The notes below the pieces were generated by a model that was not told where the DNA came from, made no database searches, and saw nothing but the letters and a program-made list of their open reading frames with translations. This document shows, in pieces, positions 26,270-40,358 of a DNA stretch of 64,000 nucleotides (the first letter of the stretch is position 1; every line of letters starts with the position of its first letter). The position numbers and the translations under genes are program-made. Source of the DNA: Bispira polyomma (taxonomy: Eukaryota); NCBI GenBank assembly GCA_965649765.1, contig OZ287749.1, positions 1,178,001 through 1,242,000 of the forward strand. Direction: 5' to 3'.

Positions 26270-28200
26270 AGATCAATATAGCTCAGTCATGTAGTAGGAT
26301 CAGTAACATTTCTCAAATTACATATCGCACAATGGTACATGACTTATTGTCACATCACTAATACTAATTTGATTAATACACAGTAATGTAGGTCAATATA
26401 TCTGAGTAGTAACATTTCTCCAATATCATACAATGACGCATGACTTATTACTATACCTCGGTCATGTAGTAACATTTCTCAAATTACATATCTCACAATT
26501 GCACGTGGCTTGTTGTTATACCACTAATATTAATTCGATTAATACACAGTAATGACTATAGAGGTCAATATAGCTCAGTCATACAGTAACATTTCTCAAG
26601 TTACATATCTGACAGTTGCACACTAATATAAATTTGATACACAGTTTTACAATTAATACACAGTCACAGGAAACTGATCAGTCATTTAGTAAGATCAGTA
26701 ACATTTCTCAAATTACATATCTGATAATCGCACACTATTTTAATTCAATTAATACACAGTTTTAGCTATACATAGGTCGATAAAATACACAGTAATAACT
26801 ATATATAGGTCAATCTTGGTCAGTCATTTTGCAAGATTAGTAACATTTCTCAAGTTACATATCTGACAATCGCACACTAATTTTAATTTGATTAATATTT
26901 AATACACAGTAGTAGCAATATACAGGTCGTGACTTATTGTGTATCACTAATATGTTAATGTTTTAACTTCTATAGCGCCACAATCGATGACCAGGCATCC
27001 TATGTGGCGCATATCCAAGTAAGTATGCAAGAGCACAGTCCGGTAGACGGAAAAAGGTTCGTGATCAGAGAATCAGTCTTGACCATCGGACACAGGCTAG
27101 GGTGGAAAAGCATGCTGATACAGGTCTGTTTTGAGCCTTTTTCTGAAACCCATGATGCTCGTCTCAGTCCAAAGACTGGTAGGGAGGCTATTCCACTCAG
27201 CAGGTGTTGCAACTAAGAATGATTTTGAACCAGCTTGTTTTTTTGGTAGGAAACCAGAGGTGGAGAGAAGATTGTCTCTGGTGAGATTGATGAGAGACAG
27301 CATAGATGATAAGTAGGCAGGTTGATGTACATGGACTGTCTTAAAAATAAGAACAATTACCTTAAATTTAATACGAAACTCAATAGGGAACCAATGTAAT
27401 TGTTTCAGCAGGGGAGTAGTGTGAGTGCGAGGGCCAGCATAGTTTACTATTCTGCACAGGTTATTTTGTATTTTCTGTAGTTTGTTTATTTGGCCCTTTC
27501 CAATTCCATATAGTAGTGAGTTACAGCAATCTAGTCGACTTGATACCAGGGCATTTGCCACTGCAATGGCATTTTCTTGGGTTAAATGTCGTCGAATCCT
27601 GCGAAAGTCACGGATATTGCCGTAACAGGAACGACAGATATTCGAGACATGTTTTTTGAAGGAGAAGTCGGAGTCAAAAGTAACTCCTAGGTTCTTTGCA
27701 CTATCAGCAGGAACAGTGGTGTTACCAAGGAGAGTAGCAGGGAAGAAGTCAAGGACCTTTTCTCTCTGATGTTTGGAGCCAATAAGTAGGAATTCTGTTT
27801 TGTCAGGGTTGAGTTTCAGTTTTGAATTACTCATCCAAGATTCTATCGAAGACAGGCAACTAGAAAGCTGTTTAAGGATCTGTGAACAATTTTTGGAAGT
27901 GAGGGAGCAGTAGATCTGTGTGTCATCTGCATATAAGTGATAGCTAATATTGTGGTGTGAGGATATTATACTTGCGAGGGGAGTAGTGTACAGTGAAAAC
28001 CGAAGGGGCCCTAGGACAGAACCTTGAGAGACACCGAAATATGAAGTTAATTAATACACAGCAATAATTTATTAAATTACGTATCTCACATCATAGAAAC
28101 AATTTTTAGTAAACAACCTAATAAGTTAACCAAGAGTTTGGTACACCGTAATAATTATATATAGGTTGTTATAGCTCAGTGATATAGTAAACTTCCTCAA
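26270..28200. repeat. Degenerate satellite of about 110-150-bp units, split by an L2 insertion
   Basis: Recurring cagtaacatttctcaaattacatatc and ttaatacacagt blocks at 26270-26955 and again at 28045-28200. Confidence 0.75.
26960..28040 (-). mobile_element. 5'-truncated L2 LINE (second family)
   Basis: [52 protein letters not shown]; 3' UTR ending gcgctatagaag. Confidence 0.9.
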
Positions 28201-28242
28201 AATATGTAGAGAAAATAAAATAAAAATTATGGAAACAGTATA

Positions 28243-29520
28243 GAGTAAAACCTGTTTTATCCGACCTTGAAGGGAGAGTTACAGTATGGTCGGATAATAG
28301 AAGGATCGAATAACAGACGAGATGCAAGTGAAGTGCCAAATCATCAACAAAACTTATTGGGAGATGTATTTATTTACATTATCGCTCAGTTGTTAATATC
28401 TATACGTGAACATTAAACAATGTAGAGCCGAACTAAATGAAATACACAGAAAAAATTCCTTTTAAAAAGGATAAATTAAGATGAACAGAAACTCACATTA
28501 TAAACCCAAAAATAAACTAATATTATACACATGGATACATTTCGAGTGATTTTAGTATTTCCGGCTTCCTGGTTACAGAGTATTTAAGGTAGAAACATAA
28601 ATAATGAATAGCGTTGCAACTAAAATTCATAGAAGTAGTAAACAATTATAACTTTTTGAATATTCACAGATATTTAAAGGGAATGACCACTTAATAATTT
28701 CAAATGCATTCCGAAAGCTAATTCACCAGGATAAATCTTCAGAAGCTATTTCTTTTTAGGGTCTTTATGTAATGCCATCTTGGATTTAACAGGAAATCAC
28801 CTAGTTCTATAGTTTTCAAGATATCTCCAAAAAACAATAGTTCAGACCTGTTTTCATTCATACTGAAATATCAGGCTAAGATTGATGTTTAACTTGATAT
28901 ATGATTTGTAGGGCCAGCTCTTCACCGGACTTCAGTATGGCGCAAGAGGCTATAAGATAACATATAACAAAATTAATAGTGGTCTGACTCCATTTACGAG
29001 TGTTCCTAATTCTAACTGACATTTTATTTGTCGACAAAAAAAAATTCTTAAATTACTAAAAAAAAAGCCGTATTTCTTTTTAGATTTTACATGTGGCATT
29101 TTTGTTTAAAGTTTGTTGTCTTAACAATCTGAATACAGACATGTGCATTATCTTAATCTCTGGCTGAGCCTAATTTTTTTGCCAGGAAAGTCTCAGCAAC
29201 TCCTGTATTTACAAATTGTGTTAATTTATCCTGGGCTCTTTTCATATCACTGACAGTGGTCTTTCTTATACCGTACTCCTCAGCCAAACTCACATTTGTC
29301 CTTCCTAGTTTATTTTTTTCACTATTTCTAGCTTTGTCTCAAGACTTAGTGCAGTTCTCTTACGTTTTACAACTTTTTGAACAGACATGATGATTTTTAA
29401 ATACAAAATGTACACAGAGTAAAACTTAATCTTGTAATAATAACTGTTCATAATATGGCTGTATTTATACACAAATTCCATGGACAGGATTAACAATTAA
29501 ACAATTAATATGCAACTTTA
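28243..29520 (-). mobile_element. Tigger/pogo-like DNA transposon remnant
   Basis: Terminus ta|gagtaaaacctgttttatccgacc; N-terminal HTH KRKRTALSLETKLEIVKKI..LAEEYGIRKTTVSDMK at about 29230-29390; second TIR not located. Confidence 0.65.
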
Positions 29521-29559
29521 AAGGACTTTAAGTATAGTTACACCTCAAAGAAATCCTTT

Positions 29560-29900
29560 CCCAGCAGGCACGACAACGTTGAAACAACGTAATTTCTAGA
29601 CATCAGAACAACGTTGAAAAAAGGTTGTATTTGAAATTGGTTTCAACATCTGTTTTCAACATTGAAACAACGTTGCAACCTGACGTTGCAACAACGTTGA
29701 ATAAAAACTGTATTTGATATTGGTTTCAACATCCGTTTTCAACATTGAAACAACAGTGCAACCTGATGTTGAATAAAGATTGTATTTGATTTAGGTTTTA
29801 ACGTAGAAACAATATTACAACCTGACGTTGAAAAAAAATATTTTATATTGGCTTTAACATCACATTTCAAATTTGAAGCATTGGTAAAAGGTAGTTTATT
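29560..29900. mobile_element. Terminus of a CMC/EnSpm-like element with subterminal repeats
   Basis: Starts cccagcaggcac, followed by many caacgttg/aacaacgttg palindromic repeats; partner end not found. Confidence 0.55.
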
Positions 29901-30750
29901 TTACAGTGTTACAATCAGATGAACAATTTTATGTGTTAACAACTTACCAGTTCAAGCAATGAATATGTGAAACAGCTGGTTGTAAATATATCAAGTGGGC
30001 TTAATTTAAATAACCAAATATGCAATATAATATAATTGCAGGAAAATATGCCATAATGAAAGCTAAGGTTATATTTTATAGAAATAAAACATTTTTGGCG
30101 ATTTAAGAAGCTATAAAGCTTAATCATTTATACCACAATTATACAGATTTTAAACTTTAAAATTAACTATCTGAAATGCTGAGACCCAACAAACTGTCGC
30201 TTAAATATTCTTACCACATTCAGTTTGATCAGGTGCAACTGACAGCAAAGATACATCACACTTTCACCCTTTAATAAACACTTAGACTGAATACGACACT
30301 TGGACCATGAGGTGTAACCATGATGTTGCTTACCCTCCAATAAAATAAATTTTCTATCTGTACTATAAAAATTAAAAATCATATTTTACCCAAAAATATG
30401 TTGATTATTAGATGAGAGAATCGGATATTAAAGCAAATCAACATACAAATTTATTACAAAACAACTATGGATAATAACTATTAAAGATAAAACTTTCCTA
30501 AAAAAAACTACGTTAATCTGTTAGTGATGAATTGACAAGATTTGTACAAAGTACTATACATTTGAGCATATCACAATTGTAAAAGGAAAATATCTTTTGT
30601 CAAATCAACATAACAAAATAAATAAATATTAAATAAAGCAGAAACCCCATTATCTGAACATGTAGGAATAGCAACCTGTTATTTAGATTACCATTGGTAC
30701 AACCAGAATTGAGGTATATTTTTTATACAAAGGACACAGCACGATGGCTA

Positions 30751-30930
30751 CAGTAGAACCTATTATCTGAAATTCTATTATCCCAAGATTTAGTTTTATC
30801 AACTAATTTTCACTAATCCCAAATTTTTTCTTTCCTATTGTTTTATACTAACATCTTTCATTTACGAATCTTCTATTACCTGAACAAAATCTTGATATCA
30901 CAATGTGTTCAGATAATAGAGGATCTACTG
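30751..30930. mobile_element. Tc1/mariner-pogo type MITE
   Basis: TIRs cagtagaacctattatctgaa / cagtagatcctctattatctgaa; TA on both sides. Confidence 0.8.
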
Positions 30931-32120
30931 TATTTAATGAGCATTGCGTTACAAAAATTTAGAATTGAACTATTGTCTATAATTGTATAAACAGTTGATG
31001 ATTGAGAAATAGGATCCCTTTTACATATATTTGATGTCCTATTTCAAAACAATCATCTGGAATTCCTAAAACCCTACTATAGAATATCTTGATTAAGCGC
31101 CATAGATTTTGTACTTTGCAGATGTTTTGTAGGACCTTTGTTATTAACCCCAAAGTGGCAATTTATATTTTTTTTGCATCATATCTCTTTTACTAATACA
31201 TTTAGAGCTTTGGTTACTTATTGCCAATGAGGGTCAGGAAATCTAATGAAGTCGTAAGATTTGACCTAACCTTAATTTCAAGGTCAGACTGATGTCAAAC
31301 TGAATTTACACAATATCTTTTTTTGAAGAAGATTTTGACGAATATGCCGAATCGGACATTAACCCGTGGCATAATGTCACCAACTTTCACCTATACATCA
31401 CCAGTATTAAACCTGCACTATTACACATACTAAAAGTTAAAAAAAACTCCTTTTACTGGATCTATCAAATGAAGTGATACACAGAAGAGTCAGTAAGTAG
31501 CATTATTGTTTTATTTTTTAGCTTGAGCCTTAATACCAAAGTCTTATTTTCTGCCAGCTCCCCCTTTAAGGTCTGGGGCGTATTTCAGTAGGCTTGCAAT
31601 ATACATTGTCATCTCTTGTAGTGTTCCACTCTTTTTCTTAAAAATTGCTTCTAAAATATAATAACAAATAAGGTTATGGGAAAAGTCAAACAACTTAGAA
31701 ACTGTTTCTAAAATGTAATAACAAATAGGGTTATGGGAAAAAGTCAAACACCTCTTGGCAATATCTTAAAATTATGCCTAAAATCTGATAGATTATAAAT
31801 GATGAGGGTTTGTTTTTAAAAAGTTTTTTTTACAAAACGATTTTTGAGGGAGCTTATCCAACTGTAAAATTCTTTTAAAGACTTGAATTTCTACCAGGAC
31901 AGGTACATACCATACTTTTAAAAAATATGGCTTCGTCCTAGCTTGAGCTCCCACATAACTAGATAAAGTGGGCTAGGGTGGGGAGGCGTAGGTAAACAAA
32001 TACCTCAGTCATTATTTACATTTTAGAGATCAGACCTTTTACAGCAATGACTATAGTTGGCTGCTTGTTTTCACATCAGTGCATCCTCCTGTTATGTAGA
32101 TGACATATATTTTAGTTTAG

Positions 32121-33900
32121 TTAATAATAACATAATATATCAGACTTTTTTGGCGCTTATTTTCCTTGTAACAAATTTTAAGGCACAAAAAACCACAGCC
32201 AGAGCCAAAAATCATTGGTGATAGACAGAAGGAAGTCATCTTCAATGCGTACACCGAAAACAGGAAAGAGACTATAGAGGGAATGCATCATTGAACAGAT
32301 AGGTCTTTAAACTGTGCCGGAAGGAATACTGGGATGGAGCTGTCCTAATGTGTTGAGGCAAACTATTCCATAGGGTAGGGGCATCATTTGCAAAACTTTT
32401 ATCAAAGTGAACCTTTGACCTGTGTACTTTAGACTTATATTTTGGAATAAGAAGGAATCCATTTTTGGGAGCAGCTCTCCTAGTATTGACATTACACTTG
32501 TAGTAACTCAAGTTTGGTTTAAAGTATTTTGGCAAACCCGAGAAACTTATGTACTATTGTAGCAGTTTTAAAAACACACCGATACCTAACAGGGAGCCAG
32601 TAGAGTGACTTCACAATTGGTGAAGCATGTGAAAGCCGAGCAGAACAACTAACCAGACGTGCCAATGAATTCTGGATGCATTGCAATTTGTTTAGGTCCT
32701 TTTTGGTAAAGCTACTACACAGTGAATTGCAGTAGTCCAGTCTGCTACCAACCAGAGCATTTGCTGCAGTTATTGCAACCGATTTTTGAAGGTACCTCCT
32801 GATTCTCCTAAGGTCTTTAAGACCCATGAAGCATGACTTACACACTGATTGGATATGACTAAAAATGAAAAATCACTGTCAAACAAAACTCCCAGGTTCC
32901 TCACTTTAACAGTTGGAATAACAGTGTCCCAAGAATGTTTACTGGAAAAGAATTTGACAGTTCAGCACGATGAGTGTCCGACCCAAACAATATGAATTTG
33001 GTTTTAGCAGGATTCAGCTTAAGCTTATTTAGCGCCATCCAATTTTGAACATCTGATAAGCATTTCTGAATGACTTCCAGGGCGCCGATTGATGTATTTG
33101 GAGTAAGGTGCACATAGATCTGTGTATCATCTGCATAGAAGTGATACTTCAGAGAAGAATAGGAGGAAATAATTTTGCTAAGGGGTGTGTATAAAATGAA
33201 AATAGAATTGATCCAAGCACAGGCCCTTGTGGCAGACCGAAAATCGCAAATTTTAATAGACTGGTACCTGTCTGACAAGTAGGAAACAAACCATTGCAAG
33301 ACAGAGTCTTTCAGACCAAACCAGATTTTTAGTCTTTCAATGAGGACATTGTGATCAATAGTGTCAAAAGCAGCTGATAAGTCTAATAGTACTAATGCAG
33401 TGAAAACACCCTTTGATAAAGACATGAATACCGTTTTTAATATAAAGCAGAGCTATTGCAGTTGAATGGTATTTTTAAAATGCTGATTGGTAGGTGTTCT
33501 CTATGCTGAATTTTTCGAGATGACTGTTGACCTGTTGGGCTACAACCCGTTCTATCAATTTTGAGATATAGCATAGTCCAGATACAGGTCAATAATTTTG
33601 TATATCATTTTTTCGAGAGACAACAGCCCTTCGTAAATTTGTTGGAAAAACACCCTGAGCTAAGGAATTGTTAACCAGTTTGGTTATTGATGGGAGAAGA
33701 ATGTCCACACATTTCTTTACAAGGAAGGTGGGCCAGGGGTCGAGCATGCATGACTTCGTGGGGGAACCAAGCATGACTTTCTTAACATTCTCTTCAGTAA
33801 CTGAATCAAATTTACAGAAATCACTTGGAGCCACATGAGGTAAGACAACTGACATTTTTGTTTTTCGAAAACTTTCCCTGATCTTTTCAATTTTATTTTA
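32121..33900 (-). mobile_element. L2 LINE, 3' part (RT and 3' UTR)
   Basis: [36 protein letters not shown]; TAT-rich tail; same family as 446-1735 and 42385-43690. Confidence 0.92.
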
Positions 33901-33984
33901 AAACAAGCAATCAGTGTCCGATAAATTGGTCACGTATTCGTTTGCTAAGAGTGATTAACACGTAGACGTAGTCACAGACTTATT

Positions 33985-34330
33985 TTGTCAACCTGTCTAC
34001 CTATAACTTTAAAAAAATCATCCCTTGATCTATCAACCTAAAAGTAAAATAAAAATATATTATCTGTTGACCTGTCAACCTAATGAACCTATAGGCTACA
34101 AAAAAAATTATCCGTCTATCTCCCCACCTGTCTACTTAAAAGTAAAATAAACAAAATATTATCTGTCTATCTGTCAACCTAGAAGTTACAAAAATCATCT
34201 TTATATCTGTTGACCTGTCTACCTGTAACTTGCAAAAAAAATTATTCGTCAACCTGTCAACCTAAAAGTAAAAACTATTATTCATCGATCTGTCAACCAA
34301 TAAGTTACCCCCAAAATTTATCTGTTTTCT
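33985..34330. repeat. Degenerate short tandem repeats (ctgtcaacct/ctgtctacct) within an unclassified insertion that splits the L2
   Basis: Motif recurs every 40-60 bp; L2 homology stops at about 33900 and resumes at about 35465. Confidence 0.6.
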
Positions 34331-35464
34331 TTATAACTTAAAAACTTATTCTTGGTTTCTTCTTGGGAAAAATTTGTGATTTTAATTGTAATATTAAACA
34401 GAAACCACGGCTTTTAAATATGTGAGCAAATTTGGGTTCCCTTATTGTTGGCTATATGTAACCAATAATAATTTTGAACGATCTTGCCACAGGTAAGGGC
34501 TAGAATGTGGGGACACAGCAGACTTCCGGGAACATGCTGAGATTTCGATTTTCGGGTCGTTCCAAATTATTTTGTAAACGTGGTCTTTAGAACTTTATTG
34601 TTTCGTAAAACTCGCTAGGTGGGGCTTGGAGTGACTTTAAAAATGTCTGATGTAAACAATTCTCACGAAGATCGTTTGTAAGTCTATAATTTACTAAAAT
34701 TAAAATAATGGGTGATACATGTGGTATGCATAAAATATATGGCAATAGTTTTTTATTGATTTTGCGTTTTTATAAATACGGCCCATTTTTGCATGTCAGC
34801 AAGGCTAGAAAGTAAAACATGGGACTATATAGGTCAAACTGATGTCACAAAAAGGATATAGTTATAATTAAGGTATGTAGTAGTATGCAGAATTTTTAGT
34901 ATTTGTATAACCAAAAATGTTATTGAAAATATATATATGAATTTATCCCTTTTATTTTAGTATAAATTTTTCACTCAATCTGTTCTTAATAACTCCACTT
35001 ATATATCCCTTTATGGATAAAACATATTGTGTGAAATGTGATTTTTTTTGACAAGAAAAGAGTTAAATTTTATAGAAAAAAATACGTTGTTGAAAATTTT
35101 ATTCAAAATTGAAGAACACTATGGAAGTAACATGTGTACACATATTGTGATTACAAGTAAAATGCCTGTGTTCTCATCAATTTGGGCTACATAAATGTTT
35201 CAATTATTATTATTATAATTAAAAACACAGCCCTACAAAATCATTTTACAGAAATGCAGTAGAGCTGAAATACCATTTTATTCCTGAAAGTTTCACTGTA
35301 AATTAACTTTAAACACTGGTTCTAAATATTTCTAAGAGTGACGCCAACCTGATTTTTACATTGAAATTACACTTAATAATATTTAATAGTATAATAGTAG
35401 TAGACTTTATTAACATGCTTTAGAATAACATAAACGTAATTAGGATAATATTACTTCTCAACAC

Positions 35465-36500
35465 ACTACCCAAACATGACACCCCAGGATGGTAAGGCTT
35501 TCTCAATAATTTATAATTTTTTGCCGCATGCTTATCAAGGAGTGTACTTGGAGATTTAACATATTGATTATACAACTCTGAGACATCATCGGCTGGAGAA
35601 ACAACAAAACTGGTGGATTTTAGGTCATTTTTTAGTTGAACCATGTTTATCTTGTGATTTTGTCGAGAGCAGATTTTCTTGTTTTCATAAACTGTAGGTG
35701 GGTTAAAATCTAACATTCAAGAGATAGTAAAGTGATCACTTATGCAATCAGAAATTACAATACTATTGATGCCATTAAAGTCTAAAAGGTTATAAAAAAT
35801 CTAGAATATGACCATGAGTATGGGTTGGAAAGGAAACATGCTGTGACAGATTACATGATTCCAAAATGGATTTGAACTGAGAACTATAACCATCATGTGC
35901 GTCAAAATGGATGTTGAAATCGCCACATAGTATGTAGTTTGAAGGCAAGGTTGAAATAAAACCAACCAGGGACATAAACTCCACAAGGAAATCAGATGGA
36001 GAAGAACCTGGGGGCCTGTATATAACCACAATATTCACTTGGTGACTTAACCAACAAACGGAAGCAACAAAATGCTCAAATGATACAGCTTGTGGGGAGG
36101 TAATTTTTGAAACTTGAAAGGTGTTCTGGACATGCACCAGTTGAGACATGTCTGCTGTGTGGGGAAATCTAGGGAGAGATTTTGAGTTGGTGATTAAATT
36201 AGATCCATGAATATTCAGTGCTGAAATCAAGTTGTTCACTCAGGTGATAACTGAACTGTATTTTTGTTTCACACCTCTGTTTGAATTTAGCGGTGAGTGC
36301 TACACTTACACAAGCAAGGACTAGGAATTTGAACAAAAACTTTTTAAAACAAGTGACTACAGAACAATAAGAAAAAGTAAAGAAAGTGAGCAAATAGAAA
36401 GACACCACCCTTATGTAATAATGTACACAACAAAATTCACAATCCAGCCAAGTAGCATGCATGAGCTACTTGGACAAAAAAAAAACCCACAAAGAATGAA
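35465..36500 (-). mobile_element. L2 LINE, 5' part (APE endonuclease)
   Basis: IYRPPGS, CGDFNIH, PTHTHGHILD, SDH motifs; DNA similar to 1380-1735. Confidence 0.85.
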
Positions 36501-37675
36501 GGCAGAACAAACCAAGGTTAACTATTTATTGATGTAACACACTTGAGCTGCCTGTACAAAAAACCCTTATAGGGAAAACTTACAGAGACTGTCACTGCCG
36601 GTAATACCCGCAAAAGGACGATAATACCCGTGAGTACAATGTAAAATACAGTATTAAAACAACACACATGAAAAGTGTGGACCAGTAATTTACCACCTTA
36701 GTATGTTTTCAAATGTAAATTTAATGGCAAAACACCACAGAAACAAAGTAGAATTCATTAAAAAATGGATATCATTTTGAATATTTTTTCAAATACAGCC
36801 ATTCTTAGTTAATGATGGAAACAATTAAAAGAATTATGTGCCAGATGGGGATAGCTTTAATGTATTTTATAGCATTGGACAATCAATCACTCGTCAATCA
36901 GTCATTTATGGCCTGATTGATCGGACAATCAACTGGGATTTAGATAATAATACCTGACCAAAAAAATAATAAGTGTCCTTAACTAACACTAACAGTTGTA
37001 CTTTTATTACCTTAAATACGTTCAAAGAGGTAAGTTTTCTGAAAGCCTAACTTTGCCCGTCCATCTAAATTCTTTGACATAATTGCATTGGTGAATAGCC
37101 TGTCAAAATAATGTACAAACTATGCAGACATTAAAAGCCTTTCATAGAGAGGACAAGGTGGCTCAGCAGGCCCAGGTCACCTGGCCAGAATCAGCCATAA
37201 AAAACAATAAAATTAAACAGCTAAAAGGTCTGTAGTTCCCAATGGCAGGATTGGTTAACTGATTCTGTTGTTGCGCTTTAGAAAATGCCTCGTATCAATA
37301 AAGCTTGTTAAAAATACACAATAATAATTGGGGGTGGGGTGGGCCCAATTACTGCAGCCCGAGTAATCGCAAACAGCTAACTGTTTCGAATCTGGACACC
37401 CGTGCATTTAGTATGAACCAACCTCAAAAATCAGTCTAGCAATATGACGGCGGATGTAAACCAAATCTATTGAAAAAAAATAGCAAATATCTGGGGGAAT
37501 ATGAAAAATTATAAGGAAAACATATATTAGGTACAAAAAATAATAAGTAATTTATTATAACTCAGGTTTCAAGTACTCGAATATGAGCGATATAATCGGC
37601 ATTCACTGGATACCCGTTCACAGCCCTAAATTAATAATAAAGAAATTATTATGATAAAATTTAATTAGCCTCTAC

Positions 37676-37720
37676 CTTTAGTTTGGGGAGTGACATTAGT
37701 GGTGCTTGTTGGCTGTACTT
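37676..37720 (-). CDS. Candidate host exon, Thr/Pro-rich (VQPTSTTNVTPQTK)
   Basis: Strong acceptor tttttctcactgcag, donor g|gtagag, 45 nt, phase 1 to 1. Confidence 0.55.
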
Positions 37721-37817
37721 CTGCAGTGAGAAAAAGCTTATTTAGTGCTTTCAATCTTAGATGAAATAAAATGAATACCGTTGTTAAAACTCAAGACAAA
37801 ATAATTTCAAAACTGAC

Positions 37818-37920
37818 ATTTAAAACAACTACATACAAAATCTTCAATGGTATACCTGTTGATAATTCGTCCGGTATGGTCTTTCAAGTTAATACCACCA
37901 ACTCTTGACAACTGTGAGAC
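37818..37920 (-). CDS. Candidate host exon, repeat domain 2 second half (VSQLSRVGGINLK..YTIEDFVCSCFK)
   Basis: ctag acceptor, gtcagt donor, 103 nt, phase 0 to 1 as required; ends in a Cys motif like the domain 3/4 exons, but is shorter and weakly similar. Confidence 0.35.
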
Positions 37921-38349
37921 CTAGCTGATGTTAAAAAATACATAATTAAAAGCAATGCATTCAAAAAACGGCAAAATATCAAAACATATTTTGACAAATT
38001 ATAATTATAATTTTAAGTAAAACCAAAGCGCACAGTAAGTCAACATATGCACCTATTTAAGTTGTGACTTCTTCAAGTCAGAGAGTAATAAATAATATGC
38101 AAGTGGTATAATAGGTATCAATACAATACTAAATATATTACTCAGGATAATCCCCCCCCCAAAAAAAAAAAATAAATAAATAAATATATAAAAAAAAAAA
38201 AAAATAACTAAATAAATAAAAAAAAAATAATAATGAAATTAAATAACAGGTATGACAAAGCAAGATTCCAAAAGTCTTTATGGCTCTTATTTTGTGGAGA
38301 GTTCAGTGTATGATTGGTAACTGGGCGTCAACTGGTCTGCTACCACTGA

Positions 38350-39281
38350 AGGGGCGTTCACATTGTCCAAGTTCACGCCTCAACATTGCCCTTGCTAGCC
38401 ATTTACTCAAGATGCCCAGTTTTGGGCTTAGGGTTTAGTTTTTGTTTTCTCCAGTTCTCCCCAGTTTTGGCAAGATCACACAAGTTCTAATAGCCCAGTC
38501 ACACCTACATGTGTTGGAGCTACGTGTGTGAGACGTTTTGAAACGTAGTAGAAGGTAATGCCAAAGTGAGGATCCCTGTTGTGTTCAGTCCGTGACGTTG
38601 CTTAACGGATTATATCTATCTGAAAACGTCTCTGTTTGGTCGGCTGCAACGATTACTTCAAACTGTTTGAAATAATTGTGACAGAGCTCTCCATTTCTCG
38701 AGAACGTCTCCACTCGTCTGTACAAGTAGCATAACGTAGCAGTAAGTAGCGAGATTCTCTCCACTCGTCTATATTCGTTGTGAAACGTTTTACTAGGTAG
38801 CAAAGAGGAGTAGAACGCAGCCGTAAGTAGCATATAGTAAAACTACGTAGTAGTAGGTAGTGATATCCTACCAGTAAAGGGATCGATTTTTGCCCCCGCT
38901 TCATGTGTACAAGTGCCAACATCGTCACAAAAACATCACAAAACGTCACAATCGACTCCCCCTTCATGAAAATGACGTCACTGTGACACGTAACTCCCAC
39001 GTTTTCAGTTTATATTTCTGTTCTACGTTGTGGGACGCTAGCACATGTAGGTGTGACTGGGCTATAAGCAGTTTAAGCCCTGTTTATCCCATTTAAACCC
39101 TGTTGATGCCTTTTTCTCAAGTTCTCTTAAGATGTGCTTTCAGAGCCGTCCGCCCACGGAAGTTTTGAATATGTTTAAAATTTCCGGCTGTAACTCCCGT
39201 TCTTGCTGTTCACCTCAGCTCTACCTCCGTTTTAGCCCAGTTCTTAGACGTTTGTTTAAGTTCTCACACGTGAAAGCCACT
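38350..39281. mobile_element. Harbinger-type MITE (outer)
   Basis: Imperfect TIR aggggcgttcac / agtggctttcac; flanks TGA and TAA. Confidence 0.6.
38491..39064. mobile_element. Harbinger-type MITE nested in the outer MITE
   Basis: Perfect 23-bp TIR tagcccagtcacacctacatgtg; TAA on both sides. Confidence 0.9.
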
Positions 39282-39398
39282 TAAGATTAAAAAGACTGTT
39301 TGCCTGTAAATCGCCAGCAATAATATGTGTGTGTGATACTACACACAGGCAAATAATTCCCCCCCCCCCCAACTTGTCTGAGTAAACAGTGAATTGAG

Positions 39399-39429
<31 letters not shown>

Positions 39430-39675
39430 GGGGGGGGGGGCATTGCTGTATATTGACGTCTACCAGCTTTTTGTGTGATATAATATATGACTTTAGAAAC
39501 AAATTGAGGGACCGGCTGTCATATTTACACAAGGCTTCAAATCTCTTTAACCGTAAACGCTTACATACCAAATGTATACTCAAAATACTGTATAAACTGT
39601 AACATAAAATAATTACTTATAAAGGGTAAATGATTGTTTATGCTTACCATTATACTACACGATTCGGCTAAACTG

Positions 39676-40358
39676 TAGAATTCCCCTGGAGGGACGCCAT
39701 TTTGAATTATGGAAGTAGTTTCGCCATAAATGAAAAATAGGTTCCTCATCAATGTATATATAAATATTTTTATTATGTTATAGACACATCGACAGATAGA
39801 CAAAAACATATATATATATATATATTTTTAAAATATTTTTATATTTTATAGACACATCGACAGATAAAAAAAAATTCTGTCAATGTGTCTATAAAATAAT
39901 AAAGAAAAGAAAATTACTGCCTATCTCTCGATCTCTCAATGTATCTATAACATAATGAAAAAAAATTATACATATCTGTCGATGTGTCTGTGTGTCTATA
40001 AAATAGTAAAAATATTTTTTGTTGTCGATCTGTCGATGTGTATGAAATAATAATAATAAAAAACATACATTTTTTTCTGTCTATCTGTCGATGTGTTTAT
40101 AAAATAATAATAAAATTTTTTTTTTTTTTCTGTCTATCTGTCGATCTGTCCATGTGTCTGTGTCTGTGGGTCTATACAATAGTAAAAGTATTTATTTTTT
40201 CTGTATCTCTGTCAGGGTGTCTATGTGTCTATAAAATAATTTTACCATAACTATTACCTCATTGTAATATTTATTACCTAATTAGCATAAATTATACCAT
40301 TTTTTATTTACATCTAATATCACAACATTCAAAATGGCGTCCCTCCAGGGGAATTCTG
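39676..40358. mobile_element. Non-autonomous TIR element (possibly Academ-like) with internal tandem repeats
   Basis: 31-bp perfect TIR agaattcccctggagggacgccattttgaat; internal ctgtcgatgtgtctata repeats in both orientations; flanks CTG/CAG. Confidence 0.8.

Noticed and set aside
39359-39440. Poly-C/poly-G runs (also about 60911-60932) as functional G-quadruplexes or a polyproline ORF
   Set aside because: Simple homopolymers of unreliable length with no supporting context
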